This document shows, piece by piece, positions 48,201-60,734 of a DNA stretch of 64,000 nucleotides. The DNA is from Sarea resinae (taxonomy: Eukaryota): positions 620,001 to 684,000 of the forward strand of contig JAPEUD010000001.1 of assembly GCA_026026165.1 (NCBI GenBank), given 5' to 3'. The position numbers and the translations under genes were made by a program. The stretch's first letter is position 1; every line of letters starts with the position of its first letter. The notes under the pieces are model-generated. The model did no database searches. It had not been told where the DNA came from and saw only the letters and a program-made list of their open reading frames with translations.

Positions 48201-51200
48201 GGCAGCTGAAAGGCTCAGTGGCAACGCTGGCTGCTTCGGAGGTGATTGATCAACCACTGCGGTAGTGTTGCAGTCGTATTGGGTTCCGCGCGTGGGACCA
48301 AGGCTTGTTGTTGTGATGGAGTGAATTGAGGTTCAATCAAATGCCCCTCCTTATGGTCCCCATGTACGAAAGTCACTGGCGTCGGTGACGGAGAGGGTAC
48401 CTCTAACCGCTTTGAGAGAAAGTAATGCTTCAAGATGCCTTCGAATCTTTCTGATTCGAGTGGGGCAAGACCGAAGTCAATCGGCGCAAGTGGCAAAGGT
48501 CATGTCTCTTCAGGAGGCAAAGTCAGAAACCAACGTCGTGGTGTACTCCAAGGAAGAGGAGACGGAAGTCAGAATATAATCGGCCCCAAACGAACAGTGT
48601 TGGAAGAAAAGAGGTTGAGAAGAGGTCAAAGAACGAATGTCAGAAATGTATGTCCGGTAACGTAGTGCAACTGCACTCACCCGATGGCGAACTTAACAAT
48701 GCGCATGCCGGAGGGAACAAAGTGCAATGTAAGTGCACGGAAGTGGTGATTTAAGAGACCACAAGGGCCCGATCATCATCATCATGCAAGAATCTGCCAT
48801 GGACGATAACGGTCAGCACCATGAAACAAGGTCAAAAGAACGTGGCTCTAATCGTCGGCACGTGTAGCCAATTTAGTCCCCGCACCCGCACCGCCAAACC
48901 CTGGTCTGGCCGGTCCGGCTGGCCCACAATCATTCGAGGTATCGACAAATGACAAAACCAAGCAAGCACGATAGCAGGGAGTTCAGGGAGTTTTGGTGCT
49001 AGGCTCCTTAGCGGTGATCGTCTCTTGACGGATTGCTGGGCACAGGCGTGCCACATATGTCCACCCACCCGGTGCTGATGGTGTGCTGCGCTGTCAAGAT
49101 CAATATCATCAAGATGGCATTGACGAGGTCGATTGGACTGTCCGGCCATCTCGTCAGTTGGAGGCGTACTGGGACGGTAGCCTTCTTGGATGGAGCTTGA
49201 CCAGTTCCTGGCGTAATTGGCGTAAGGTACGAAGCTGCCATCTGCGAACGAGCGGAGAGCTCTCGATGACTGGGATGCGGGGGGGCGGTGAGTGGATGGG
49301 AGATGCGGCAAGCGACGTCTGATCTGAAACGATGCGTGGTGCCCACCCTTGACGGGAGAGGAATCCTTACCAGTAGGCATCCCTGGGGGTGTCCCTCGGC
49401 GTGTCCCTAGGCGTTCCTAGGTGCCCGTCCCTATGCATCTATGCATCCCCTATTGCAGGGCTCCCAATACATTCCTCTCTCATGCGAACATAGACAAGTA
49501 GGTACCATGACTTGCTGATTGGGTTTCCAGCAACATGCAGCTTTTCTCTTCGTACAGAGTATTTGGTACACCACTTGTCGAGGGCCTATCATGACTGAAG
49601 CATGAACAATCATCGGCATTGCCAAACATGATGCGGATGAACTGCGACTTCGTGACTTCGTACATCAGCTAGACGAAGAGGGGGCATGAAGGGCGGTGGT
49701 AAGAGCAGCAGGCGCAGACGGCCCCTCGGTCCTGTCGCTCTTAGAAGCGGTTTCCTCCTTACCACTCTGGACCCGATCGCCGGCACTATGCCATAGCGCT
49801 GCTGCTACTCGTGTGCCTTCGCTTTGCAAGCGACCGGTCTGACAGTAGTCTGACAGCTTCACCGCGGTACTCTAGTAATCAAGTCATCGTTTGCATTTGA
49901 CAGGAGACAGCGATACTCTAATGAATCGTGATCCCCCCTTATGTCACCTACTCCGAGGACGTGGTTGATGTTGGTAATGCGGTGCGTCCTTCGTACCTGG
50001 CGGCCGATCTCGTTGTGAAAGTGGCTGCAGCAGTTCATCATCATCCATATGATGATTGATTGCCCCTTGCCAGCGGTATCCTCGGAGCCATCTCCTGGTC
50101 AGTGGGCCCCAATCCTCTACCTCTTCTCCGAGAGCATACCTCGTACATACATACTGTAGTAGAACATTACTACCATGGTAGTAGTATGTACGTCCAAGTT
50201 TGTCGCGCGCAGAAAGTCTGCTTGTGCAACAGCTTTCTTGAACATCTGATCGGTTCCTTGCTTCCCGTGGATTCTGGATCGTAGGTCCACATCTCGGTAG
50301 AGAGCAAGGAGACTGACTGTAGAGACGGTATCGTACCGGTTTCTGCGGAAAGCACCATATTCTCCGACGATCATCGACAGCTCCTGTGGATCATTGCCGG
50401 CCTGGCCTGCTATCGGGGGGTCTGTGTGTGTGCATTGCATGAGCAAAGGTCAACACTCGGACCCTTCCCCCCCAGTGTTTATCCTCCCCTAGGGCCATGC
50501 GGCAAGTTCTTGGTCAATGGGTGCCGTCCGCAAACCAGCGTAGCCATCGCCCCTCCATACCTGATGCAATAACATGCCAGATTAATACCCCGCCAGCCAG
50601 GTGCAACCGCTCTGAAATCTCTTGACCGCGGATGTCCGAGTGTGGGAACGATAGGGGAGAAATCGCCTGCGAGGACCTATTTGGGAGATCTCTGAGCACC
50701 TCGGTCGGCATCATGTCAAAGTCAATCAGTCTCACCTCGACTGTGATGATATAGGTGCCCCTAAGAGACGAGAATGATGATAGCGCAAAGAGTACTTCCT
50801 TTACCATAGATCGGTTGTTGCGTCGGCTTCTTCATTTCTATTGTGGTTTTGCACGATAACGCGTATCGGAACAATGAGGAAATGATATATTTGATATATG
50901 CTGAACACACTAGGATAGAGTGAATTGGCAGTCAAAATCTAGTACTCTATCTTGCGATCTATATTCTGGATTACAACGTATCGACAGGCTGTATCGCAAT
51001 TCAAAAATTGCTGATTTCTCTGGCTGATCTGTTCAAGCCCACTGCCCAGCTCTTCAGCTTTCGAGTAATCCCGAATGATTGTTTGCGTCGAAACCTTTCA
51101 GAGGCCAGACAGTTTTGCTTTCAATAGGGTCACTGAACGAATGTGACTGGAGGATTCAATATTGGTTCAATCCATTAGATTAGACCGTCATTGTTGGCTA

Positions 51201-51552
51201 GAAACAAATAGTTACACGTATTATGTGGTATGTAGTCGCAGAGGAGCTTTGGCGGCTCCGAGCTCCATATACGAAAGAGAAGTAGGCTTTCCTCTAGCCT
51301 ACAATTGGAGCAAAATCATTGTGCAAAGATATTACATGACAAGAAGAGAAAGAACAAGACTTGTTCAGCATGAAAGAAAAGCCGAAGAACGCCCTGAACT
51401 CTGTGCTGATGCATCATCGTATACTGTGCTCGCTCGCTGAAATCGCTGAATAAACCCACGTGTGCAAGATCCGCCCTCTTTCCAAAAGATGGAAAGCCAG
51501 GTAATGCAAATAAAGAAAAGCATTTCCGTTCCGTAAATCAGCCAAGCAAAGG

Positions 51553-54500
51553 TCAAGTAAATGATTGCGAGTTCTGGCGAGAGCTGTTGCTTCCCGCAGA
51601 TACTGAGGATGTTTCACTTGGTGTACTTGGCTCAAGCACAACTTGATTTCTGATCGTCATGATCCACTCGTGCTGCAGCAACTCTACAGCTGAGCTTCTT
51701 TTTGCAGGATCCCTCTCGAAACATTTCGTCAAGAAATCGATACCAGATTCGCTGAGCTGGTCCCTTGCCGGCAATGCAGGCGGATTTCCTTGCGCGATGT
51801 TGTACATGATCGCCCATTCGTTATCGAGGGTAGCCCACGGCCTTCGGCCAGTGACCATTTCGAGGATGACGCATCCCAGAGACCATATATCGACAGCCCC
51901 TTGCCGGCCCTCGGTGTGGCCTTTGATGACTTCGGGAGACATGTACATAGGCGTCCCCGTCATGCTCTTCTGTTTCGGCTGCGGCCCATGATCGGCAGCA
52001 AGTGTTTTGCCTTGACGAGCAATGATCTTAGCAGCGCCAAAGTCAACATATTTGATTACTCCATTATGGTCCAGTAAAATATCTGCGAATAGGTTAGGTC
52101 AGGAACTTAGTAGGGCACGGGGCATATCAGGTGCTTACTCTCTGGCTTGATATCTCGATGGACGATGCCGCTCTCGTGCAGATATGCTAGACCTTCCAGC
52201 ATCTGGAGAGCGTAGACCATAACGACCATCTCATCTTCGATCCGCCCGTGTTCAAGCAGCGCAGCAAGGGAACCACCAGAACAGTATTCCATGAATATGT
52301 AAACCTTGTCGCGATGAACTTCTATGCCGTAATAGGACACAATATTGGGATGGTCGAGGACTTCGAGAACACCCATCTCGTCACGAATCTGTTGAGCAAT
52401 AGTTGGAATGAGTTGTGGGTCCTGCAGTCTGATTTCCTTCACAGCCATCAGGGTCAATGAGTCGAGATTGATGGCAGCATATACAGATCCAAACGTTCCC
52501 CCACCGATAAATTGGCCTTGCTGCCATCTGAGCGTGACATTGGTTGCAGATGACGAAAGATAAGTCAGCGATCGATCAGCCTCATTCGAATCTTCCAGAA
52601 CCCTCCCAAGTGCTTGACGTTCTGCCTCCTTCTGCTTGCGTATGTCGTCAATCTCATTGAGTTGAGCCAGCCACTGCTCCCTGACAAATTTTGAAGACTC
52701 TTCATCATCCCTCATTCTACTGATGTCCATCTTCTTGAATTGCCCTGCCATGGCCTCGATTCGTTGTCTCTCAGCCTGAGCAGCCAACGTCGATCTTGCT
52801 CCCATGATATCGAAGTGAGAGATAAGGAGAGACATGCAACCAGCAACCTTCGATCGTAATCGAGCATATTCGTCTTCGCTAATGGACAGGATATTCTGCC
52901 CTCGGGTCATGACCATGGCAAACTCTAGAGCGATCACAGCCCATTTGAAAGTCTTGCGATCTGCCGCAATGCAATCATCGCAGATGAAACTCACCCAATC
53001 AAGGGCCAATCGAGTGAGCTTTATGTTGTTCATCGCACGGCGGTTGTTGTCCATATACATGACAGAGCGTTGCCCAAATTCCGTAGCAAAAGCGAAGCAC
53101 GTTTGGATGAGTTCTTGACACTCAAGGCCTCTCGTCTGCCTTCTGATGATCTCGACGCTGTCCATTATTGTGTTGGATAGCTTGTACGCGGTTTTCTTTA
53201 TCTTCATCAATTCGGCATTCACTCGAGGAAGATTCGCTCGCTGTTCAACGAGCATATCTAGCGACATTCCAGTCACTTGAGTAAGTGCGAATCTGGCGTT
53301 TTGTAGACGCTGCTGGGAGCCATCGGCGACAAGCCGTATCCGACCACTCTTGATGTCAAGAGGTGGCTTCATTTCCAGCTCCACTTTTCTACCGTCCCAG
53401 AAGATAGGTGCCTCGGGTCGAAGAATTAAGACGTAGGGATTTGAAGGATCTTGCAGTGTATCTTCGGCATGGTAACAAGTACCCAGGATGGAGGTTATGT
53501 CTTTCGGACGATCGTAGAGAGCGGGTGATGCAATAAGATAGACATTTTCATTCTCAAGGCTCGGCGTGTACAACTGAAAATGTCCTGACGCTATCAACGC
53601 GCCGTAAAACTCATGAAGCTGTTCAGAAGGGATTTTGAGATTGAAGTCCGTGGCATTCTCGAACCGTTGGCCCAGAATTCGAGAGAATCTGAATAGCTTT
53701 CGCTGTCGCACTCGAACAGAGTCTAGGATTTGCTTGTAGCGTCTATCCATGGTAGCCGCTGTTTCGTCAGGCCGTCTTTGCAATTCCCTTTCGAAGTGGG
53801 CAGCCAGACGCGTCAACGATTTTGCTGTCAGTAAGCTGCTTGCAGTTAGTTCCTGAAAGGGTACCCATAAATGTTCAGGAGCATACCTGAACTGTTCAGC
53901 CACTTCGACGTCGCCCCCTTCCAGATGACGGCCTATATCGTTCGAGAATTCCCACTCTTGCTCAAGGATCTCGGCCTCTTTAAAAGTGTTCTTATTGCTG
54001 GTCAATTTCCAGTTGAGCATCATGAAATAGAACTTCAAAGAATCAAGTACCACGTAATCGAAATTTTCGTCGATACATGGAGGAAGGTCCCAGCCGGGCT
54101 CTGGTTGGGAGATAATCGTGTACTCCTGTTTGATATCCACAGCCAATCTTAACAGAATTTGAAATTGGGTGATCATTTGCTCGGCCATCATTACGCTCTG
54201 CTGCGAGAAATCTTTGATTTTCCTCGCATAGGAAAGTCGTATTCGGATGATTTCTTGAATCAGCCGAGACGGGAAATTGATGAGTGTCAAGAGCTCCTCG
54301 ATATAAGGCGGAAGGTGACGAACGGCGAATGCTTCCGCATTGTCGATAAGGGTATTCTTTGCCTTCTTGATGACTTTTCCGACTCCGACGAGCATACTGT
54401 GATTACCCTGCAAAGACTTGAGGCCGTCCTCTTTCAAGATTCTATCCAGAAAGGACGATTCGTCAGACAAGCCGCTTCCATTAGACATACGTTCCTTGGG

Positions 54501-55694
54501 CTTGGCAAAGTCCAGTTCATTGTTCCCAACCCAACCTTGTAAGATGGCTAATTCCGTATTGATGAGCTCGGTCGTGTTATGCCACGCAATGACGGCATCA
54601 CAGCTGTCTTGGAAAGGGGCGGATTTAGCGCGCGCGTGAGAGTTCTCCAAAGCCATCCTTGTTGGATACAAGCTCTCGCATCGCTCAATCTTCCGAACGA
54701 TATCCCGTACTTGCTCCATCGGCGGCTTCCCAACTTCTGTTTCTCCTTTAATCTCGAAAGCAATGATCTCCTCGATGACCGGGCCGATACTGGTTCGTCC
54801 ATCCTCAATCATTCTTCGTTGTGCTGCTACCGTCCGTCCGCAGACTTTAGAGCGAACGCCCAACCAGACTTCGGACTTCAGGGAGTTCTCTCCTTTCTGT
54901 TCGAAGCCTCCAATCAGGCGCTTCTTCTCTTGCTTCACGACATCTCCTGTCAGCACAGAAGCCAACATGGAGTGCCACTCCAGCCGTTCTCGGTTTGCTG
55001 GTATCTTCAGCTCCTCCACTGAAGGTTGCATATCATCATTCCCGTAGTAAAGCAGTGTCTCTTGGTCATAAGGATCGTTGTCGAACTGTGCCTCCGAAGA
55101 CGGCGATTCTTCATCCGTCTCAGAGTCGGTACTGTACGAGAGACTGGGGGTGTACATGTCCCCATTGACGCCAAAGTATTCATTGGTCGGATCCTGCCGC
55201 AGTCTTTGAACATAGGCCTTCTCCTGGGCACGGTACTGAGCGTTAGGATCTCTTCGACTACGGGTTGCAGATGATGAGCGTTGGCGGTTTTGATGGATGG
55301 ATATGTATTGAGGCGGTCTTCGAGCGGGTGCGTAGGTGTTTGATGGCGTCCTCGCAGGGGCCGTTGGCCTCTGCGGACGCGGGTTTGCCACGACGTTGGC
55401 GGGCATCTGGACATGATTCTCATAGTTGCCATTTACGACTCCAGCGGGGTCTGACCTCTGCCGTGATTGAGATGAGGCACCCCAAGAATAGTTTGTCAGA
55501 TTGGTCGGCATCGGAGATAGATTGTCCAGCGTTGAGTCGGGTGTGAATTGTATCTGTCCATCCGTCTCGTCGCCCAGGCTCGATTCGTGCACGAGATGAG
55601 GAGGCTCAATGAGCAGCTCGTCGGGTGATGCCGAACCCTCTGAATCGAGGATGGGCGTTTCCGTTCGCTCCATGGTCTGCGATGCGTCGCCCAT
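51553..55694 (-). CDS. SSK2: HOG-pathway MAP kinase kinase kinase Ssk2/SskB/OS-4
   Basis: Exons 55694-53887, ~53835-52139 and 52082-51553. N-terminal NRERLEWHSMLASVLTGDVVKQEKKRL. Kinase motifs WQQGQFIGGGTFGSVY, MAVKEIRLQD, HRDIKPEN, DFGAAK and GTPMYMSPE. Confidence 0.96.
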
Positions 55695-58600
55695 CACAGG
55701 CCAGATGGTGTCTGATGCAGGATGCTCGGTGAATGGCACTCCTCGCGGTACGGTGTCCACGTCCACGGGCAGCGAGATTGCAGTTCCGAGCAGGTGATAC
55801 GACCAAAGTACTTGAATTTGCCTCCAGATGTCCACGATCGGCTAGCTAGCGACGCTGTTGATCCGGACACGTTTTAGACGCGGTGCGCTAACTCCGGATT
55901 ACCGCGTTCTTCTTCCTCCAGCTGCCCTCCAGGGCTGCTTCCCGGCTTCAGAGCTCCTAATACCACCTACCTACTCTGTCCTCGTACAACGGACCACCGT
56001 CCAAGCATGGGCTATCGTACGAGGAAGAGAACTGCTGAGGTGCCAGGAAATCTTAGGAAGGGCGCATCCGCCTGGATATCATTGGAGAGGTCTACAGTCT
56101 CCCTGCCATCGTGATTCGTGAGTGCGCAAGGCAAATTCCCAAGCTTGGCATGTGACTTGGCAAAAGACCTGCGAAGAAAGTACGAGATACCTTACGCAGT
56201 ACGGATTACAACCAGCTCTCTACCTACCTGACCAAGGTGCCTTAGGTATCACAACGGAGCCAGCGTCCGGTCATATGCGTATTCTCTAAATGCTTCAACT
56301 CCTATCCGATGCTTCTTTATGGCTATATCAACAAAGAATATGAAGAGATAGATGATAGAGCTGTGTAATAAAAGCTCCGTATCTCATCATGTCTTTCTTC
56401 TTATTAAAAAAAACTTTGATTGCCCAGGTCTTTGCTCACAGCTACCTGAACTTCTGAACTACCTACCTTGAGCATCGTACTGGATACATACCTTAGTGTA
56501 CTTCGTACCTCGTGCTTCGTACATGGCAGCAGCAGTGTAGGCTCCCTACATACTAGGTAGGAGTACTCCGGATTAGTGTACCTAACAACCGACCCGATAA
56601 ATCAACATCGATGATCAAGAGCACGATTAGACACACTGACAAAAAAACACCCTTTTGGTAATGAACATGGACTACTGCGATGGGAGACAGCTCCTCCTAT
56701 AAACGAGCCTACATCAAATTAATTTACTTGCGCGATAGATTCAAAAACTTGGCACCTCAACAACCTGCCAATCTTGCTCGATATAGATTAATTCGAGTAA
56801 GGAGTGGAACCGCGAAATGTCGTTCGAAACTCACCGTCTTTCTATGAAAATGAAAACTTAAAGCGTGCCGATACAGAGACATCACCTGCGTCTGCACGTC
56901 TCGACCCATCTATCGATTTCAGTCACATTGCGAGTATCGTAAAAGGGCCCGATTTGCCCTTCACTTCTCGATTACGCTTGACATGCAAGGCCAATGGTTT
57001 CCCCAGCGTGGTAAAGTTAGAAGCTTCCTCCTTCAACTTGGAAGAAAAATGGCCACCGAGGCAGATCGTGATTCCTGTCTGATGACTCTGCAGAATTATT
57101 CCAGGGAAAGCCGTCTGATTAGGACGTGCAACTACATCTCTAATGTTTCCTTGAGAACATGGCTTGACTCCGAACTCCGACCACGTTGAAGCTTGGTGTG
57201 ATCTCAGCTTCCGACCGCTGGATCATCAATGGAAGCGGACAAGAGGCTGTAGCAAAGATGCAAAGTTGCACGGGGCACAGTGCTCACCTATGCCTGCTTT
57301 GTGTACGCAACTCCCAATCTCTGTTTCGAAAAGCTGGAGGCACCTTTCCCCTAACATTTTCATGGCGATGAAGATAGATAGACGCTTACGGCCCGAGTCT
57401 AATCGACAATCCGGATCCAGATCGTCCAAAAGCCCACTGCTGAATGGAAATTCTCCAGCAACCCCGATACCACTCGATGCATACTTTTATCAAACGCAAA
57501 CACGACCAGTGCGTAGCTAGAGCTCATACGGAGTAAGCCTCCTCAATCACTGCTTATATACGTAGGCTTCAAATTAAAATCCATTGCACGGACAGCCTTA
57601 CGAGCCAACTTCGCTCTCGATCTACTCAAAGCACACCAAAGTCCAAGAGTTGGATGATGACCCCCGCGTGGCGTAATGAGGATCGCCATGTGATCAACCC
57701 GTGGCCGACAGACCGCGGTTCTGGGAAACTTTGCCGTCATCATCATTGCCGGGACCAAATATCAGAGTCTACGGAGGTTTCGGATTTCGATGAAGGCGTC
57801 TGACTTCAACCTCGCAGGATCTACTGGATAAATAGAAGCTGCGCCGACTTCGCTACACTTAGCCGAATCCGATCTGGCTTCTTATGCCTAATCGGGTTAA
57901 TGCTAGATGATGAGTTCCCGTAAGCACTGCCTTTCCCGTGGCCACTACGGAGTCATTGCTGGAGACCGAGGGCCGTCTACAGCGGTAGGGAGACTTCTCA
58001 GCGGCCAATGAAGCAGGATGTGCTTATCAGGACCCCTACGCTACATTCCACGCCGCGCCGCCTGGGCTGAGGTAGGAGCTGAGGATCGCCTCGCGTTGCC
58101 TCAGTACTCTAGTAGAGCAAGGTACGCCGTAGTGTACCTGAACAACCTAATGGAGAGTAACCAGAGGGCCATCTCTGTAATCTTCCCGCATCCTCCCATG
58201 TGGCTGTCCTGGTGATGGCACCAGTCAAATACACGCTGATGGGACTGAGAGCATGGACGCGGCCCGTCATGAGATTTCGCTGTCTTTACGCTGGGCGAAA
58301 GCGAAGGCGTCGACGACATCTCCAGGCCTCGCACTACTGTCGGTGCAAATCCGACGCCTCACCTGTACGCAAACGCGATTCTCAACGAATAGAGTAGAGT
58401 AGGTACTTGTTCCATGATAATCTCCAGGGCTAGGCGGGCTTCTCGTCCGTCCATGGTGTGCCTTGCTCCCTTAGTCAAGAGCTTTAGTACAAAGTACGAA
58501 TACGTCTTCACATCGCTCGGTCCCAGCTTATCTCTTCGTCGGAGTCTAGCTACATGCCGGTCAGCCCCTAAGAGATATGATGAATAAGCGAGATTTCTGG

Positions 58601-59620
58601 CGCTGACGATCAGCAAGCAGCTCTCAGGGAGTCGTGAAGGTTGCTATGTACTCGTAGGTCGATCGTGAAAGTTTGGGGAAGAAGGGTCAAAGATCCCCTG
58701 TGTCAGCCTCGTGAAAAGTTTTCAGTTCGAATGCGGAGAGCTTGGTTTGATAGCACGCGCCTCACATGGCATGGAGCATGGTCTGTGTGAAATCTGGAAT
58801 ATATCATTTTATAATTTCGGAACCTCAACGCGAGTGTTGATGCCATTAATGCCAGTCCTGTAGCTAAAGGCCATCCACTTCAAGTCCTGGCACCTTTTGC
58901 GACATGGACGGCTGGTCGGTAACCTAAGGCAGATTTAGGTACCCTTTGGGGCTGGGGAGCACTTTGTACGAATCGACATGCTGACTCCAGATCCACCCTC
59001 GATCCACCAACAACAACCTTGAAAGCCCGCCAACTGGAGAGATACTTGCATGCTGACTTATGCAGTAGGGAAGGCAGCTGCCTACTACGTGCTACCTCTG
59101 CAAAAGTGTCATGCAGAGTACATGGTCATAGCCGCCTACGTTGGGGAAAGTTTTACTTCCTTTTCCATGTTACTGGAGCGCTTGCTTTTCATTCTCAGAT
59201 GGTTTCCCCCCTACATACTCCGAGTACCGCGCAGTAGAGAAGGGCGTTTACACAGTACGCTTTTACACCGAGTATTCGCAATCTAAAGGAGTCGAATATC
59301 GGCAGATGACGAGATGCATCAGTGGTATTCACATCCACACCGATCGGCAGCGCTCCAAATCATATCGGAGCTCAGCCATCAGCCATCATCCCGCATCCCG
59401 TTGCCGTAGATGCCGAGATATGGCAGAGTATGCCGTATGTGCCTTGAATAGCTCGGACGTGTGATGGCAAGCAAGGTTTCAGTATTCCAGCTTTGAATCT
59501 GATCTTGCGAAGAGGCTTTGTCGTCGTGGTAAGTCAAGGTGCACGCCGGTGTAAAGCCTAATGTACGGCAGATTTAGGGACGTCAGGAGGCACCATCGGG
59601 CAGGTAGTTAGGGCAATCAC

Positions 59621-60686
59621 GATAAGACGGTTGTTCGACGGCGGCCAAGACATCCATTTCGTCAGTGAATTAGAAACGACAACCTTCTCGTCCGGACCTC
59701 AGGGAAGGACACCCCCAGCGGCTGTTGATGGTTGTGGCGGTGGTGTCTGACATTGATGGTCGTGCTTGGCACGGACTCTCGAGCTCGAGTCCCCAAGGCT
59801 GATGATACACTGAGTACGCTCCGTCCACGGATTACTATGATGGATGACCTTGACTCCAAGCTTTGAAGTTGTCATGAATATTCGAGAAGAGAGAGATAAG
59901 AGATCGAGCGCATTACTGGTTGTGCCCGGTGCTAAAACCGCCTAGACTTCGTAAAGAGATTCGGACCAAGGGTCACCTTGTCTTCTTGGCGCTGTTCGAT
60001 CCCACGACTTTCCCTTAATCGAGCACTTCTAGGCAATAGACGACCGACCCCCATCTCTCCACCCCCCCAAAGAACGAGTAGAGTGGTCGTCTCGGACTAG
60101 TTGTGTGTTCTGCACACGAGCTACGGTAGTGCGCCGAATGCGCTCCGGTCTAAACGATACTACTGCGACCATGGGGATTGTTATCAGAACTTCACCCCAC
60201 AAGGGCCGAAGAATGGATGGAACCTTGGAACGTTAGACCCTCTTGTTGAGCTCTCGTGCGGTGTTGCAGCGGCGCAGCGGTGTCGTCGAGGCGTGTCTTC
60301 CCATGTCCCATGTCTTCCCGGCCACACTTAGAGCCGGACCTGCACGCACCCCTTGATTGATGCAGACGAAACGCCACTGATTACTGCTGTGTACCCAATC
60401 GCGCCAGCACCCAATTCGTCAATCTCAGATCCTCATATATCCAGAGCGGCGTCTCACGCCTGTCTGTCGACCTGTCGTGCTCTCTCCGCTACATTGGACT
60501 TGACTGTGTTGGTGAACCGTCCCTCGCACAACGTCTGCGAGCTCCCGCCTCAGCACCGTAATAACTGTTTCTGTCCCCACAGAAGTCCATTCCCTTTAGG
60601 ATTCTCCTTTTCCATTCTCATATATCATTACCTTGAAGGAGAACTGCGACTCCTTCCAAGAGGGGTATTGAGTTATCTGCGATAAC
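59621..60686. promoter_or_regulatory. GATA (AreA/NIT2-type) sites upstream of the ammonium transporter
   Basis: GATAAG at 59621 and 59895, GTTATC at 60180, and an inverted pair GTTATC-TGC-GATAAC at 60672-60686. Confidence 0.45.
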
Positions 60687-60734
60687 ACCTTTTCCTTTCG
60701 ATCTCGAAGCCTCGCCGATCATCCTTCGTTCACC

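Noticed and set aside
49377..49440. Degenerate ~12-bp GTCCCTAGGC repeats, considered as a CRISPR-like array
   Set aside because: Short, spacerless minisatellite in a eukaryotic genome.
50168..50183. 16-bp perfect palindrome TACTACCATGGTAGTA
   Set aside because: Isolated and built from the locally common TACTAC motif, with no associated feature.
50117..50840. Series of splice-like GT..AG signals and 97-109 aa ORFs on the minus strand
   Set aside because: I could not assemble a coherent reading frame or recognise a protein.
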